Positions 40,180 through 52,285 of a DNA stretch of 57,344 bases are shown piece by piece. The first letter of the stretch is position 1. Each line of letters starts with the position of its first letter. A model generated the notes under the pieces. It had not been told where the DNA came from. It was given only the letters and a program-made list of their open reading frames with translations, and ran no database searches. A program made the position numbers and the translations under genes. Origin of the DNA: Girardia tigrina (lineage: Eukaryota); NCBI GenBank assembly GCA_001938485.1, contig MQRK01252249.1, positions 24,446 to 81,789 of the forward strand. The letters run 5' to 3'.

Positions 40180-43100
40180 TTGCTGGCCAGCCTAGGCTAG
40201 TCCTAGCTATCTTAGGATAAGCTATGACATATCACCAATATTAGTATACAATCTATTGAAGTCATAAATGATTATGGTCAACATATTAATACAATGGATA
40301 TATATGAATATGAGCGATATATAGTCTGTTAAGCAATAGAAAGATGTACAATTGCAGAATTATTCAACCTGACTGTGATGCTTTATGCTATGTATATCAA
40401 TATATGACTAGAAATAATTATACTATAAGACATGTATTACATATATCTTCATCATTGAAAAAATGCATATATTACATGATTTTACATGAAAATCATGTAT
40501 TTGTCTATGTTTTTCAGTAATTTATGTAAATTTTTATATATACATTCTTACAAAACTTATAAATAGTTTACACACTATATATATATATTATAGCCTGCCT
40601 AGGTTTAGTGCAGCCTGTCTAGGCCTAGTGTTGCCTGCCTAGGCCTAGTTCATACATGTAACACATGTATTGCATTTACTTTGATGAATCAAATTTCAGT
40701 GTGCTATATAACCATAATATAATAATACAAATAGATAATTATATAATATATAATATGTAAAACACCATAGAAACATTTGAACTGTGCTGAATGTGTTGTG
40801 AATCACTATATGATCACAACTTGTGATCATATAGTATGTAACAATAATATAAATGTATATAATGTACTATATGTATATAACAATAATATACCAATATTAA
40901 TGGTTGATATTGTGATGATTCTTCAGTAAAAAGTTTATGATACACATAGTGATTGTATATAATATATAACAATAATATATGTAACATATGTAACATATGT
41001 AACATATGTATATTAAAATGTTCACTTTTTGAAAGGTTGATAAGGTAATGGTTGATACAATTAGGGTCACTTTTTATTGCTGTTAAGGTAGATTTGAAGG
41101 TTTTTATATACAAATGGCTGTTCATGTGGTGATTTTGATGGTTGATGATGTGTTTGTTAAGGTATATTTGATAGCTGATATGGTCCTTTTAATGGTTGAT
41201 AAAGTATATTTGATGGTTGATGATATGGCTGGTAAGGTATATTGATGGTTGATATGTCAATTTTGATGGTTGTTGAGGTAAATTTGATGGTTGATAGGTT
41301 ATATTTGATGTTTAATATGGTAAATGCGATAGTTGATAGTATGGTTGTTAAGGTAAATTTGATGGTTGATATGGTAAATTTTGATGGTTTATGATATGTT
41401 TGATAATGTATATTGGATAGTGTATATAGTGATTTTTATGGTTTTTAAGGTAAATGTGATGGTTGATGATATGGTCGAATAGGTATTTTTGATGTTTCAT
41501 ATGGTAAATAAGAAGGTTGATAATACGATGGTAATGTTTGATAAGATAGTTCTTTTAGTATTTTATATATTATTCAGCATTTTCTGTATTTTTTACATGT
41601 TCAGCTGTGTATTGATATGATGAATGCAATACGTTGACATGATGGATGCATAACGATATCACCTTGGATACGGTCACATTTTGAATGGTTCATATGATAT
41701 TGGTTAACAACATAGTATATTATCATAATTATACATATCTATAATATAATATATACACACATAATGTGCATATATTTGAAAAAGCACTGGGTACCGATTT
41801 TTTCAAAAATGTTGATATGGAATCTGACTATTCATATATGAGTTAGTATACATGTGTTCAAACAGATTTTTGATATTTTGCTTTCTTCGACCTCTGCATA
41901 GGCTATACCCTATAAGAGTTCGGACCCACTTTACACTATAATACACAACATCTCGATAATCGATATGTGTGCGTTTTTTCGAGAATCTAAGATAATATTC
42001 CGGATATTTACCTATGTGTTCCTCACTAGGGTTCCATGTGTTCAAACAGATTTTCGATATCTTACTACCTTCGACCTCTGCCTAGGCTATACCCTATTGG
42101 CATTCGAAACCACTTTGCACTTTAAGCTCTATTATATTAAAAACAAAAATATAGTACACTTTTCACAATTGTGAACTTATTGATTTTGCACACTTGCACA
42201 TGTGAAGTATTGATTACCATATGTGTAGTATTTAGTAGCACAGTGCAGCCTAGGCAGCACATGTAAAGCACATTGTACATGAGTGCAGTATTTATTTTTG
42301 CACTTTTTGTGTAATTTTGGTGGTTTTTACATGTTTTCGATGATTTCTAAGGTATTTTTCATGGTTTTTAAGGTAACGGTGATGGTTTCAAAGGTGTATT
42401 CGATTGTTATATATATAATATTAAAAGGTTATGTATCATGGCTACGGTAACCTAGGTACTTTTGTTGGTAAATGCCTAGACTCAGGTACTTTTGGTGATT
42501 GTTTAGATGGTATGTATAATGTGTTAAGTATAATGAAGTTTTATACATGTAGACTTTACATGTATAATAAAAGGTTATGTATTTTGGTTACGGTAACTAT
42601 GGTACTTGTGATTGATGATTAGGTACATTAGAGATTCATGAGGTATTATTTGATGGTAAAAAACATACATATATAACAGGGGCTTCATTTATATACGAAA
42701 AATCGATTTTAAACACTTTTTTGAGAATTTTGATGTGGAATCTGAAGGTACGTATATGGGTTTCTCCCTAGAGTTTCAAGTGCATCAGCACTTTTTTGAT
42801 ATTCTGCTTCATTGTACCTCTACCTAGGCCTAAAATCGATATGCATTTTGTATAAATATACACATTATGTTCATTATAGGGAAAAGTAATCAATATATGA
42901 AATTTCTAATTGCATATTAAGATAGAGAATCAAAATGTGCATCAAACACATGATATCGATTTTTGACACTAGTAATTTTAAAAAAAAATATGTATTGATC
43001 TTTGCACTTTTGCATATGTGCAGCTTGAAAAGCCCTGTGCTAGCACATTAGAAATGTGCGGCACAATGTGCACTATCAATTAGCACTTTTTCTACGGTTG

Positions 43101-43407
43101 CTATGAAAAGGGTCACTGTTGCTATGGATACGGTAACAGTTACCATGGTTACAACCTACTTGAATCATTGTATCCGTTGCTAATGAAAACGCACCTTGGT
43201 TTCCGTTGCTATGGTAACTAAGACCTGGGTTACCGATACCAAGTTAACTGAAAGCGTTACTAGGGTGATCGCGACCGTTGCTAGTGTGATCGAAACCGTT
43301 GGTAAGGTGATCGAAATCGTTGCTATGGTAACCGGAACCATTGCCATGGCAACGGGTCACACCCACCCCGGGATGTGGGGGAGAACCAACATTTTCCCCT
43401 TACTCTA
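40180..43407. mobile_element. Unclassified non-coding element with internal tandem repeats
   Basis: Distinct composition with cctagg motifs, a 20-bp tandem x3 (40593-40652), a degenerate gatggttgat minisatellite (~41030-41540), three diverged ~150-190-bp repeats (~41790, ~41975, ~42715) and a GC hairpin near 43362-43379. Boundaries approximate. Confidence 0.5.
43097..43353. promoter_or_regulatory. Array of RFX X-box-like palindromes with 21-bp period
   Basis: GTTGCTATGGATAC (43118), GTTACCATGGTTAC (43139), GTTGCTATGGTAAC (43205, 43319), ATTGCCATGGCAAC (43340) and degenerate copies. Confidence 0.6.
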
Positions 43408-46012
43408 ATGGTCGATCTGACTATGATCCAGACAATCCCATTTTTTGAACGGCCTAAGTGTATTAAGAAACTCTGAACTTTTCTACGACTCGCAATTATT
43501 ATCGGAAATTCATATGAGATTATTCTAAATTATCTTTTATTCTAAATTACTTTTACAATTATATAAATTCCTTATATATTTTTATAATTTTAAATTATAA
43601 GTTAATAATAATTTAGAATTATTTATGACAATATCTATTAATGGAAATCGTTATTGATATTTTCATAAATGATTGGGATCAGATTTACATAATCCATAAT
43701 TAACAACGTTTATATCAAAATGTATTGTTTTTTGTCTTTATAAAGGGTTTTTCTATCATACTTCCATACGAAAAAGTGAATATCACTATCCAAATAAGGT
43801 TAACATTTTATAATTTTAGCCTCAGATTTATTTTTGTTCATAATTCTAACATTCTTTGACTACATACATCCACTATTCTAGCGGCCGGCTTTCAACCATC
43901 ATTAATTGCTTAAACACAATCAATCCATCCGACTTATTAACAGTTTATTCAATCTCTGATCATATTCGAACTTTCTATTTTATTGAGAGTATCTGTAAGA
44001 CTATTTGTTTTATTTAATTGAAAATTTTATGTCTTTTGTGATCTCTCGAGTGTACTGGGTATATACTGTGTCATTTTCATAATACTGGGTTGTTGATTAA
44101 ATAGTTCAAATTGAATCCTTTAATTATTATTTATAAGATACATATAGATATTATAAGATATTATAAGAACACTTGTACCAAAATTCATTTTTATTTTTCA
44201 TAAAGGAATAAATTTATTTTTAATAATTATAGAAAATTTATATCTATATGCTTATTATTTTATTTTTTTATCCCTGACATCCCTGGAGGATCTAATATTG
44301 TGCGGTCGCTCCAGTGATTGGACAGAAAAAATGAAGGGATAAGAGAAAGCATATTTAAGTACACATATTATAAATTATCATTGAAAAATATCTATTAAAA
44401 TATGATATTAAAATTTAAAAAAATAAAAAGATACTTTACGTAGGTGATTGCAGAATTTTGAAAATATCGAATGAATTCATCTGCGAAATAATTAAAAAAA
44501 TATCAAAATCTACAACAATTGAAATCTTTTCCAAACTCTTATGCATAAGAAATTTATGTTGTCTTTCACATTTCTCAATTTTATATTAATATTTTGTATC
44601 CTTAATTGATGATTTTATATTAGTTACTAATTTCTAATCTTTACAAACAACTAATATAAATTCTTTAGTTGAGATAATGGTAAATTTTGAATTTATTTAA
44701 ATATTTAGGTTATATATTAATTATATTTGTATAAAATATACATGACACGATCTGTTACTAAATTATACTTCACACATAGTCCGCTATATTTATACACTAA
44801 ATATTAATTTATATAAGTAGTAGATTAATTATAAGAATATAATTTTTATGACAATTAACTATAAACAATTATATAACAAAAGATCAATTCTATCAAAAAA
44901 CATCATATTATGTGAATGGAGTTTTAACAGTTAAGACAAATTACGTTTACAATCACGAGTCTGTGGAAAAGCTTCAATTGATTCATTCAATTAATAATAA
45001 TTAAATAAAATATTTAATTTCTCGATAGTTGCTTGTTTCAGAATGAATTAAAATTTATTGCATCAAATTAAAAAAGTAAACATTATTTATTAAAAACGTT
45101 TTAGAAAAAAAACCTTGTATATAATTATATAATAATTATTATATTGTATATAATTGTTTATAATTATATAATATTATTAATTGCAAATCGGGGTTTAAAT
45201 GTTCTTAGAAGGCGCTTGAGGGACAATATGTATACAAACAAGCAAATAGAACACAACATTAGGGTAACATTAGACAAATTATGTACAGATGCACGAGTTA
45301 AAAAACAATTAAAACAAGAANNNNNNNNNNNNNNNNNNNNNNNNNNNNNNNNNNNNNNNNNNNNNNNNNNNNNNNNNNNNNNNNNNNNNNNNNNNNNNNN
45401 NNNNNNNNNNNNNNNNNNNNNNNNNNNNNNNNNNNNNNNNNNNNNNNNNNNNNNNNNNNNNNNNNNNNNNNNNNNNNNNNNNNNNNNNNNNNNNNNNNNN
45501 NNNNNNNNNNNNNNNNNNNNNNNNNNNNNNNNNNNNNNNNNNNNNNNNNNNNNNNNNNNNNNNNNNNNNNNNNNNNNNNNNNNNNNNNNNNNNNNNNNNN
45601 NNNNNNNNNNNNNNNNNNNNNNNNNNNNNNNNNNNNNNNNNNNNNNNNNNNNNNNNNNNNNNNNNNNNNNNNNNNNNNNNNNNNNNNNNNNNNNNNNNNN
45701 NNNNNNNNNNNNNNNNNNNNNNNNNNNNNNNNNNNNNNNNNNNNNNNNNNNNNNNNNNNNNNNNNNNNNNNNNNNNNNNNNNNNNNNNNNNNNNNNNNNN
45801 NNNNNNNNNNNNNNNNNNNNNNNNNNNNNNNNNNNNNNNNNNNNNNNNNNNNNNNNNNNNNNNNNNNNNNNNNNNNNNNNNNNNNNNNNNNNNNNNNNNN
45901 NNNNNNNNNNNNNNNNNNNNNNNNNNNNNNNNNNNNNNNNNNNNNNNNNNNNNNNNNNNNNNNNNNNNNNNNNNNNNNNNNNNNNNNNNNNNNNNNNNNN
46001 NNNNNNNNNNNN

Positions 46013-46040
<28 letters not shown>
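46013..46040. repeat. (TA)n microsatellite at a gap edge
   Basis: Perfect run. Confidence 0.9.
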
Positions 46041-46044
<4 letters not shown>

Positions 46045-48849
46045 TGAATATTAATAATTAAAAATTGTTTTTACCTGAATTCGTTTGTTTAAACGAATTA
46101 GTGTTAAAAAATTATGATATCTAATAAAGTTATTGAATAATCGATTTTTCTTATTGTTGTTAAAATAAGAAAATAAAAAAAACGAAAAGAGCAAAATGAA
46201 GAAGATAGGGTTGGTAAGAGGTGCTGTAGCAATCAGCTGGAGAAACGCGTCTATCGATTCCTAGAGGCGAATATAGCGGCGGACACGGACGCGAGTTTCG
46301 ATCACAGTAAGAAGCGTCTCGAGCGCCTTCTGGGGCTACTGGAGGCAAGCGGCGCGACCGTCTCTGCGGACTTGAACGAATAATTACGAATATAAATATA
46401 ATCCAAAATTAATAATAATAAAAATAATAAATGCTGTACATTAAATTTCAAAATAACAAACAATTAATTATATATGATGTTTTATATACACTACAAAAAA
46501 TACTAATACGTACATATATATTATCATATAAATTGTACTTTCGTTGCGAGAGCTCAGAATGTGTATACAATACTAATTCATTATATTATATATACAATAC
46601 TAATTCATTATATTAACTCAATTGGACTTATTTAATAATGAGGATAGTGTACATTCACTCTAGTTATTTAGATACGTTCTCATTAGGGTTAATTCGTGAA
46701 AATATTAAGATCTGAGCAAAACATTATCTTATCATCCACATTGTTTGGCCATAGATTATGTTCCCTGTGGTATTTGGTTATGTTTGTAATACCCTCTATT
46801 CGAGTGTTGATTATGTAATACTTTTATTTGTAGTAAACAGGTCTTTAAATATGTATCTTTTTGTCTAAATCTGAATTAAATTAAATTTGATATGAATGTG
46901 TGACAGGTTTTTATATGTACCTTTTTTATTTATTATTATTTTTTATGTTTTATATTTATTTTTGACGAAGCAAGAAGAAATTCAATCAAATAAGAAAGAA
47001 GAAGATATGGAAAAAATAGAGAAAAGAAGCTGAGTGTTATATTATTCCCACCATTATCTTTTAGTATTAGTATTTAATTATTGCTATTATCAATAATTAA
47101 ATTGAAAATAAAAAAAACAATTCACAAATAATTTTTTATTATAAGTTGAAAGCGGAATTTCCACAATTTGCTAATAATAATTGTAATTCTACTCGAGCAT
47201 TTCTGTTTGACGATAGTAATTCCTAACTCGCTCACAATTGTTTTTTTATTGAATTCACTTGCGTGGACATCGTTGTGTCTCTTAAAAAATCGGTTTCGGT
47301 GTAAGAATAGTAAAAGACTGATGATTAAATTCGAAATAAAAAATAGAATAAATTATTTAGCGAGAAATTTGATGTAAACCGATGTTTTTCCTTACCTATC
47401 CTGAACTAAAGATCCACTTAAGTATCGATATTATTTAGTTCGATAGAAATATTTATTCTATTCTGTTTATTGACAATTTTGTTGTATGAGTTTATATCAT
47501 TGTATTTTAATATATCATTATTTTAAAATCAAGACAATTGACTATTACTTTCTTCTATTACACTTTACGTGGTCATCTCAAAATTATAAAAGAAAAGAAA
47601 GGCGACTTGTCTAGTCAATTCTATAATAATAATTACAGTGAGTCGACCTTTTTTTTATACAAAGTAAGTAAATTATGTCCATTAAGTTGCCGGTCACCGG
47701 ATCAAGTTGTAGCGACCGCCATCCCTTTAATGTGCGGGAAAATTGTTCAGAAGAGCTCGGTGCAGCGACCTGACAGTAGCTGTTTACCAGTTGAGCCAAG
47801 AAACCTTTAGTACTTTTGCATCTATAAATATAGCCATAATTCACAATCTTCTCATGAAAACCTTAGAAAGTGAAATATATATATAAAAAATCTAAATCAA
47901 GACTTCTTTCAATGCACGTAAATTTTAAGTAATATTGTTAGGAACATTGAGACAATTTACACTTGAATTTTTATTATTATCACATTGAGAGTCATTACAA
48001 CTCTCGGAAGATCTTCACCATCTGACGTCATTATAATTGGTTTGTTATTTCTATTTTTAATAATGATCTTTTAAAAATATTTAATTTCTTAAAATATTAA
48101 TTAAAAATAATAATTTTAACAATTTCTTAATAAAAACTTAAAACAATAAAATATTATCAAATTGTTAAAAATGAATTTAATTTAAATTTTATTTAAATCT
48201 AATTAAATGCTTTTCTTTTTTTCAAAAAATATTAAACTTAATTTTAATTCTTAATTTTAAAAATATAAATTTATCAAATTATTATTTTCATTATGTTCGA
48301 AAAGTCAATCACTGTATGTATAAAAAATTACCGATTTCCATCTGCGTAGAAGAATCACAATTTTAATTTCAACATACTCGAATCAACATATAGCATCAGT
48401 ACATTCACACATTCAAACAATTTTAAATATTCCTCACAAAGATAATTACAATTTTTGAGAATTTTTCGATTTTCCCTACTCTTTGATACTTAATTTACAA
48501 AGCAAAAATATGTCAGAACTGATAAAAGATCTATGGTTATGATTGAAAAACTTGAGAACTCTACAAACATATAATACTATAAGATCTTTCAGTTTACTAA
48601 ACAACAATTTACGAATTAAAAGAGCAAAAAGGAACCATTGCGTTTTTCTGTACATATTCATTTATAATCAGTCGAATCGTAAGAAAGATTAAAAAACAAA
48701 TTGATTGAGTTTCACGAATATCGACTGTTTCGATATTTCATTGAGAATGTGAATAATAATACTTAAAATTAACCACAATCTTAAATTGCCTTGAAAAATA
48801 CTAATATTATGGCTTATCTTTCTGTTTCCGGTCAAGAATGAAAAATACA

Positions 48850-49900
48850 ATTTTTATGCAAGAATTTATTTTAAATAAATAACAATTAATCTTCAAAGTA
48901 CAATCCATCATTTTCGAATACTTTCTGCCAACTGTCTGGTCAAAGTACCATTCCGGCTGCTTCGAATTGAAGAACTCTTGACATGATTGTTCAACTTCAT
49001 CGAATGCTTTGAATCGGCGGACTTTCAAGAAATGTTGCGTAGATCGAAGAGGCCATAGTCGGATGGAGCGCAATCAGGACTGTAAGCATGCTGCGGCAGG
49101 ATTTCGAGTCCATCCAACTCTTGATCCTGCATGTGGTCTTCTTTGCGGTATGCGACTTGTCATTGTCTTGCTTAAGCAGTGCGCGTTTTCGGTTAATTAA
49201 GACAAGGTACTTCTCTGTGAGCTTCTCGTAGACACGGTCCAGCTGTTGACAATAGAGCTCCGCAATAATGACCTGACCGTTCTAAACCAACTCAAAGTGC
49301 ACGACTCCCTCAAAGTTCCACCAGACGCAAAACATGATTTTGAAGCCAAATCGACCTTGTTTTAGAACTGACGGTGTTGCTTGACCCGTTGGAGCCCATC
49401 GCTTGTCTCGGTTGTGATTGATCAAGTAGACCCACTTCCCGTCCGACGTCACAATTAGTTTCCAAAAGTGGTCATCTCGTGGATTCTGTAGCAGTTGTCT
49501 GCAAATTTGGACTCTTTTATCGGCCTGTGCTTTGGTGAGTTCGTGTGGATCTTGACGCGGTTTCTCGTGAAAAAAGTCGAGCTGCTTCAAATGCCAATGT
49601 ATGGTTGAATTTTCAACTCTAAGCTTAAATGCCAAATCCCGAGTGCTTGACGAAGGCTTCAAGTCAAACTCTGCTTGCAAGTCATCGTTATCCAATTTTG
49701 TTGGTCATCCAGAATGACTAGTGTCATTCAAGTCAAAGTTCCCTTTATTGCAACGCATGAACCAACCAATTGTCGTACTTCTTCCGACCGTTTGTGTACC
49801 TTCAACTTTGCAAATTGACTTACCAGCATCTTGTTTTGTCAAACCTTTCTTCCAATATTGACGCAGCAACACACGGATTTCACATTATTAAGTCGACATT
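48850..49900 (-). mobile_element. mariner (DD34D-type) transposase pseudogene
   Basis: PHELT..RVQIC, IVTSDGKWV, KIMFCVWWNFEGVVHFEL, SPD-APSDY-LF-type motif and FFNSKQPEWY. Frameshifted; TIRs not clearly resolved. Confidence 0.9.
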
Positions 49901-50455
49901 AAGTCGTCAAGCGAAATTAAAAATTAAAGAAAATTTGAATTTTAAAAATTCATTCAATATATCAAACACAATTATTACTAACATTAATTATAGTTCGTAT
50001 ATTGTTTGAAAAGAAAAGAATTTTCCACCACTCGCAATAATTTTTTTTTGAGATTATATTTCGTTTATTTTGTTTATCGTACGACGGAAGACTGGCACGA
50101 TTTTTATAGAAAAAAACCAATTCCGTCGGAAAAATCATATCAACAATTTATTTTGTGTATTTTGGTGAGATAGATTTTAAAGAACTATTAAACTTCGTAT
50201 TGACTGAACTTCGGCTATTGTCCATCATTTTAGAGGTTATTACGTTTAGTGATTTTAATTAAGCTGTTTGTTTTTTGCATGTGGACAAAAGTAATTTCAT
50301 TTTTTAAATTTAATTCATTTTACTATTTTTATTGAGTGTGGGTTAAATCATTTTAAGTGTAGAGTTTTGGCGTTTTTGTTGGAAAATTATAAAAATATAA
50401 AAAAACTTATATTATTGAATATTTTAAAATTACATCATATTATTTTACCCGGATC

Positions 50456-50495
50456 CAATAAAATATGTTTCGCCATTACAGCATCATCAGTTATG
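50456..50495 (-). ncRNA. Degenerate minimal type-I hammerhead ribozyme in the Penelope 3' region
   Basis: cataa-CTGATGA-t-gct-gtaat-ggc-GAAA-catatt-ttattg, about 110 nt downstream of the GIY-YIG stop. Confidence 0.5.
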
Positions 50496-50602
50496 AAATA
50501 ATTTCGGATTACAAGTCATTTATATGGCACACTGAATATTACACAATAATCTTTTTTTCATGTTAATTATTAAATAATTTTAATATGATTGGATAATTCA
50601 CT

Positions 50603-50935
50603 TTAAACATTTAAGCATATTTTTAAATGCTTTATTAATAATGCCTCAGTGACTATCCTCTCATGATATGTGTCAAAATTTTTCTTCAATACTGTAAATT
50701 CAATTTCATAGTTAACTTTATCTCTATTTCTACATTTTTTAATATGATCGAGAATTGAGCTATTCCTAATTAATTGGGTGTGTTCAGGTATTCTAGTGCA
50801 GAAATGGTGATTTGTATCTCCAATGTACAAGGATTCACACTTGTGACATTTAAATTAATATAGTATATTATCTTGGACACCCAATGGAGTTTTTGATTTA
50901 TTTGAGAAATATGTTGAAAACCTTCAGAAAATGGT
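50603..50935 (-). mobile_element. Penelope-like GIY-YIG 3' fragment
   Basis: KSKTPLG..FKCHKCESLYIGDTNHHFCTRIPEH...EALLIK...LN. Confidence 0.85.
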
Positions 50936-52285
50936 CATTTTAAATTTATTGTTTCTGCAGTGTAACCTTTTTAGATTCATGTTCATGATGATGTTCATGT
51001 ATTATTACTATTATTTTGATTCGTGTGCAATTCAAATAGTTTCATGTGTAGATTTACAAAAAGTCAGATGATGTACGTGTATTATTATTCTTCTATTTAA
51101 CCAATGTTCTTATTTAACTAATTTCGTTGACAGTGACTGATATACTGATTCTCACACAACTCATCTACTGTTATACATCTTATTTTTTGTATTTTTTTAT
51201 GCGTTACATTTTTAACTATAAAAGAAAAAAGAGCCTTTGAAATCCAGAAGGTAGAATAAATAAACAAAAGAAAAGAAAAGCAGAATCGTCATCAAGGAAT
51301 AAATAGAAAAACTAAATCATAATTTATAATTATGATAAAATAATCATTAATTACTATCAACGATTTATGAATTTGAATTAAATTCGATAAATTGATTCAC
51401 AATTTGAATTCATATATTCGCTGGCAACCTGCTAATTCTTTTATCATAATACGCTAAGAAATTTTCGCCAATTATCTGAAACTCCTTTATTCTATTTTAT
51501 GACTATTTTATTGTTCTCAGTGCATTATATTGGTCAACATATTTGAACTATTTTATTCTAAGATCAGCAGTGCCATTCTATCCAACCGATCGTTACAATA
51601 TTATCTAATAATTATTTTACGTACAATCTTATCATTTGTGTTTGTGTATCACCATCATCAAGACAAGAACAATATTTTTAACTTCAAGGTTATTATTTAT
51701 TTTTGAAGTTAGTTATTATCGTTTAAATTGTCATTACAATACGTATAGAATCATTTTGCATTTGTGTGATTTCTTACATTATTCTTTATATTCATCTATT
51801 GATTAGAAAAGAAACCAGACTACTCTAACATTAGTTTAGGCAAACAATTTTTCTTGTGTACTAGTGACCCGAGTATACTGGTTCATCTTTTTTAATAGTT
51901 TCTATTACATTACTACTATCATAACTTTTTATTATAACTTTTGTTTACGATTAGGTTCTTGTTTAGATTCAGAATAACTTCAAAGTCGAAAAAACTTTCA
52001 GTTTATTTTTACATAGCCACATGTGATAAATGTTGTGTACACAGGAAAAAACTGGATTCTTCATTTTATTTTCAAACTATACGTTATATAACCAATTAGA
52101 TCTATAAATAAAAGTTTATAAAATTCATAAAATTGAAAAATCGTAAATTTCAAATCGTGTAAAATATGCAGTTTTCAATTTTTAAAAGGGCATGAAGGAA
52201 TCGGTGTATTGGTGCATATGGTACTTATTTGAAATACCCAGTCCAAGGAATTCGATAAAATCGCAGTGCCAATCCAGTATACGAG

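Noticed and set aside
41030-41540. CRISPR-like or protein-coding repeat
   Set aside because: Degenerate minisatellite with no repeat-spacer structure, in a eukaryotic context.
43196-43408. 70-aa heptad-repeat ORF
   Set aside because: By-product of the 21-bp DNA repeat; it has a TTG start and no coding evidence.
46195-46383. GC-rich island with a gag-like open frame
   Set aside because: Likely a retroelement scrap, but no diagnostic motif.
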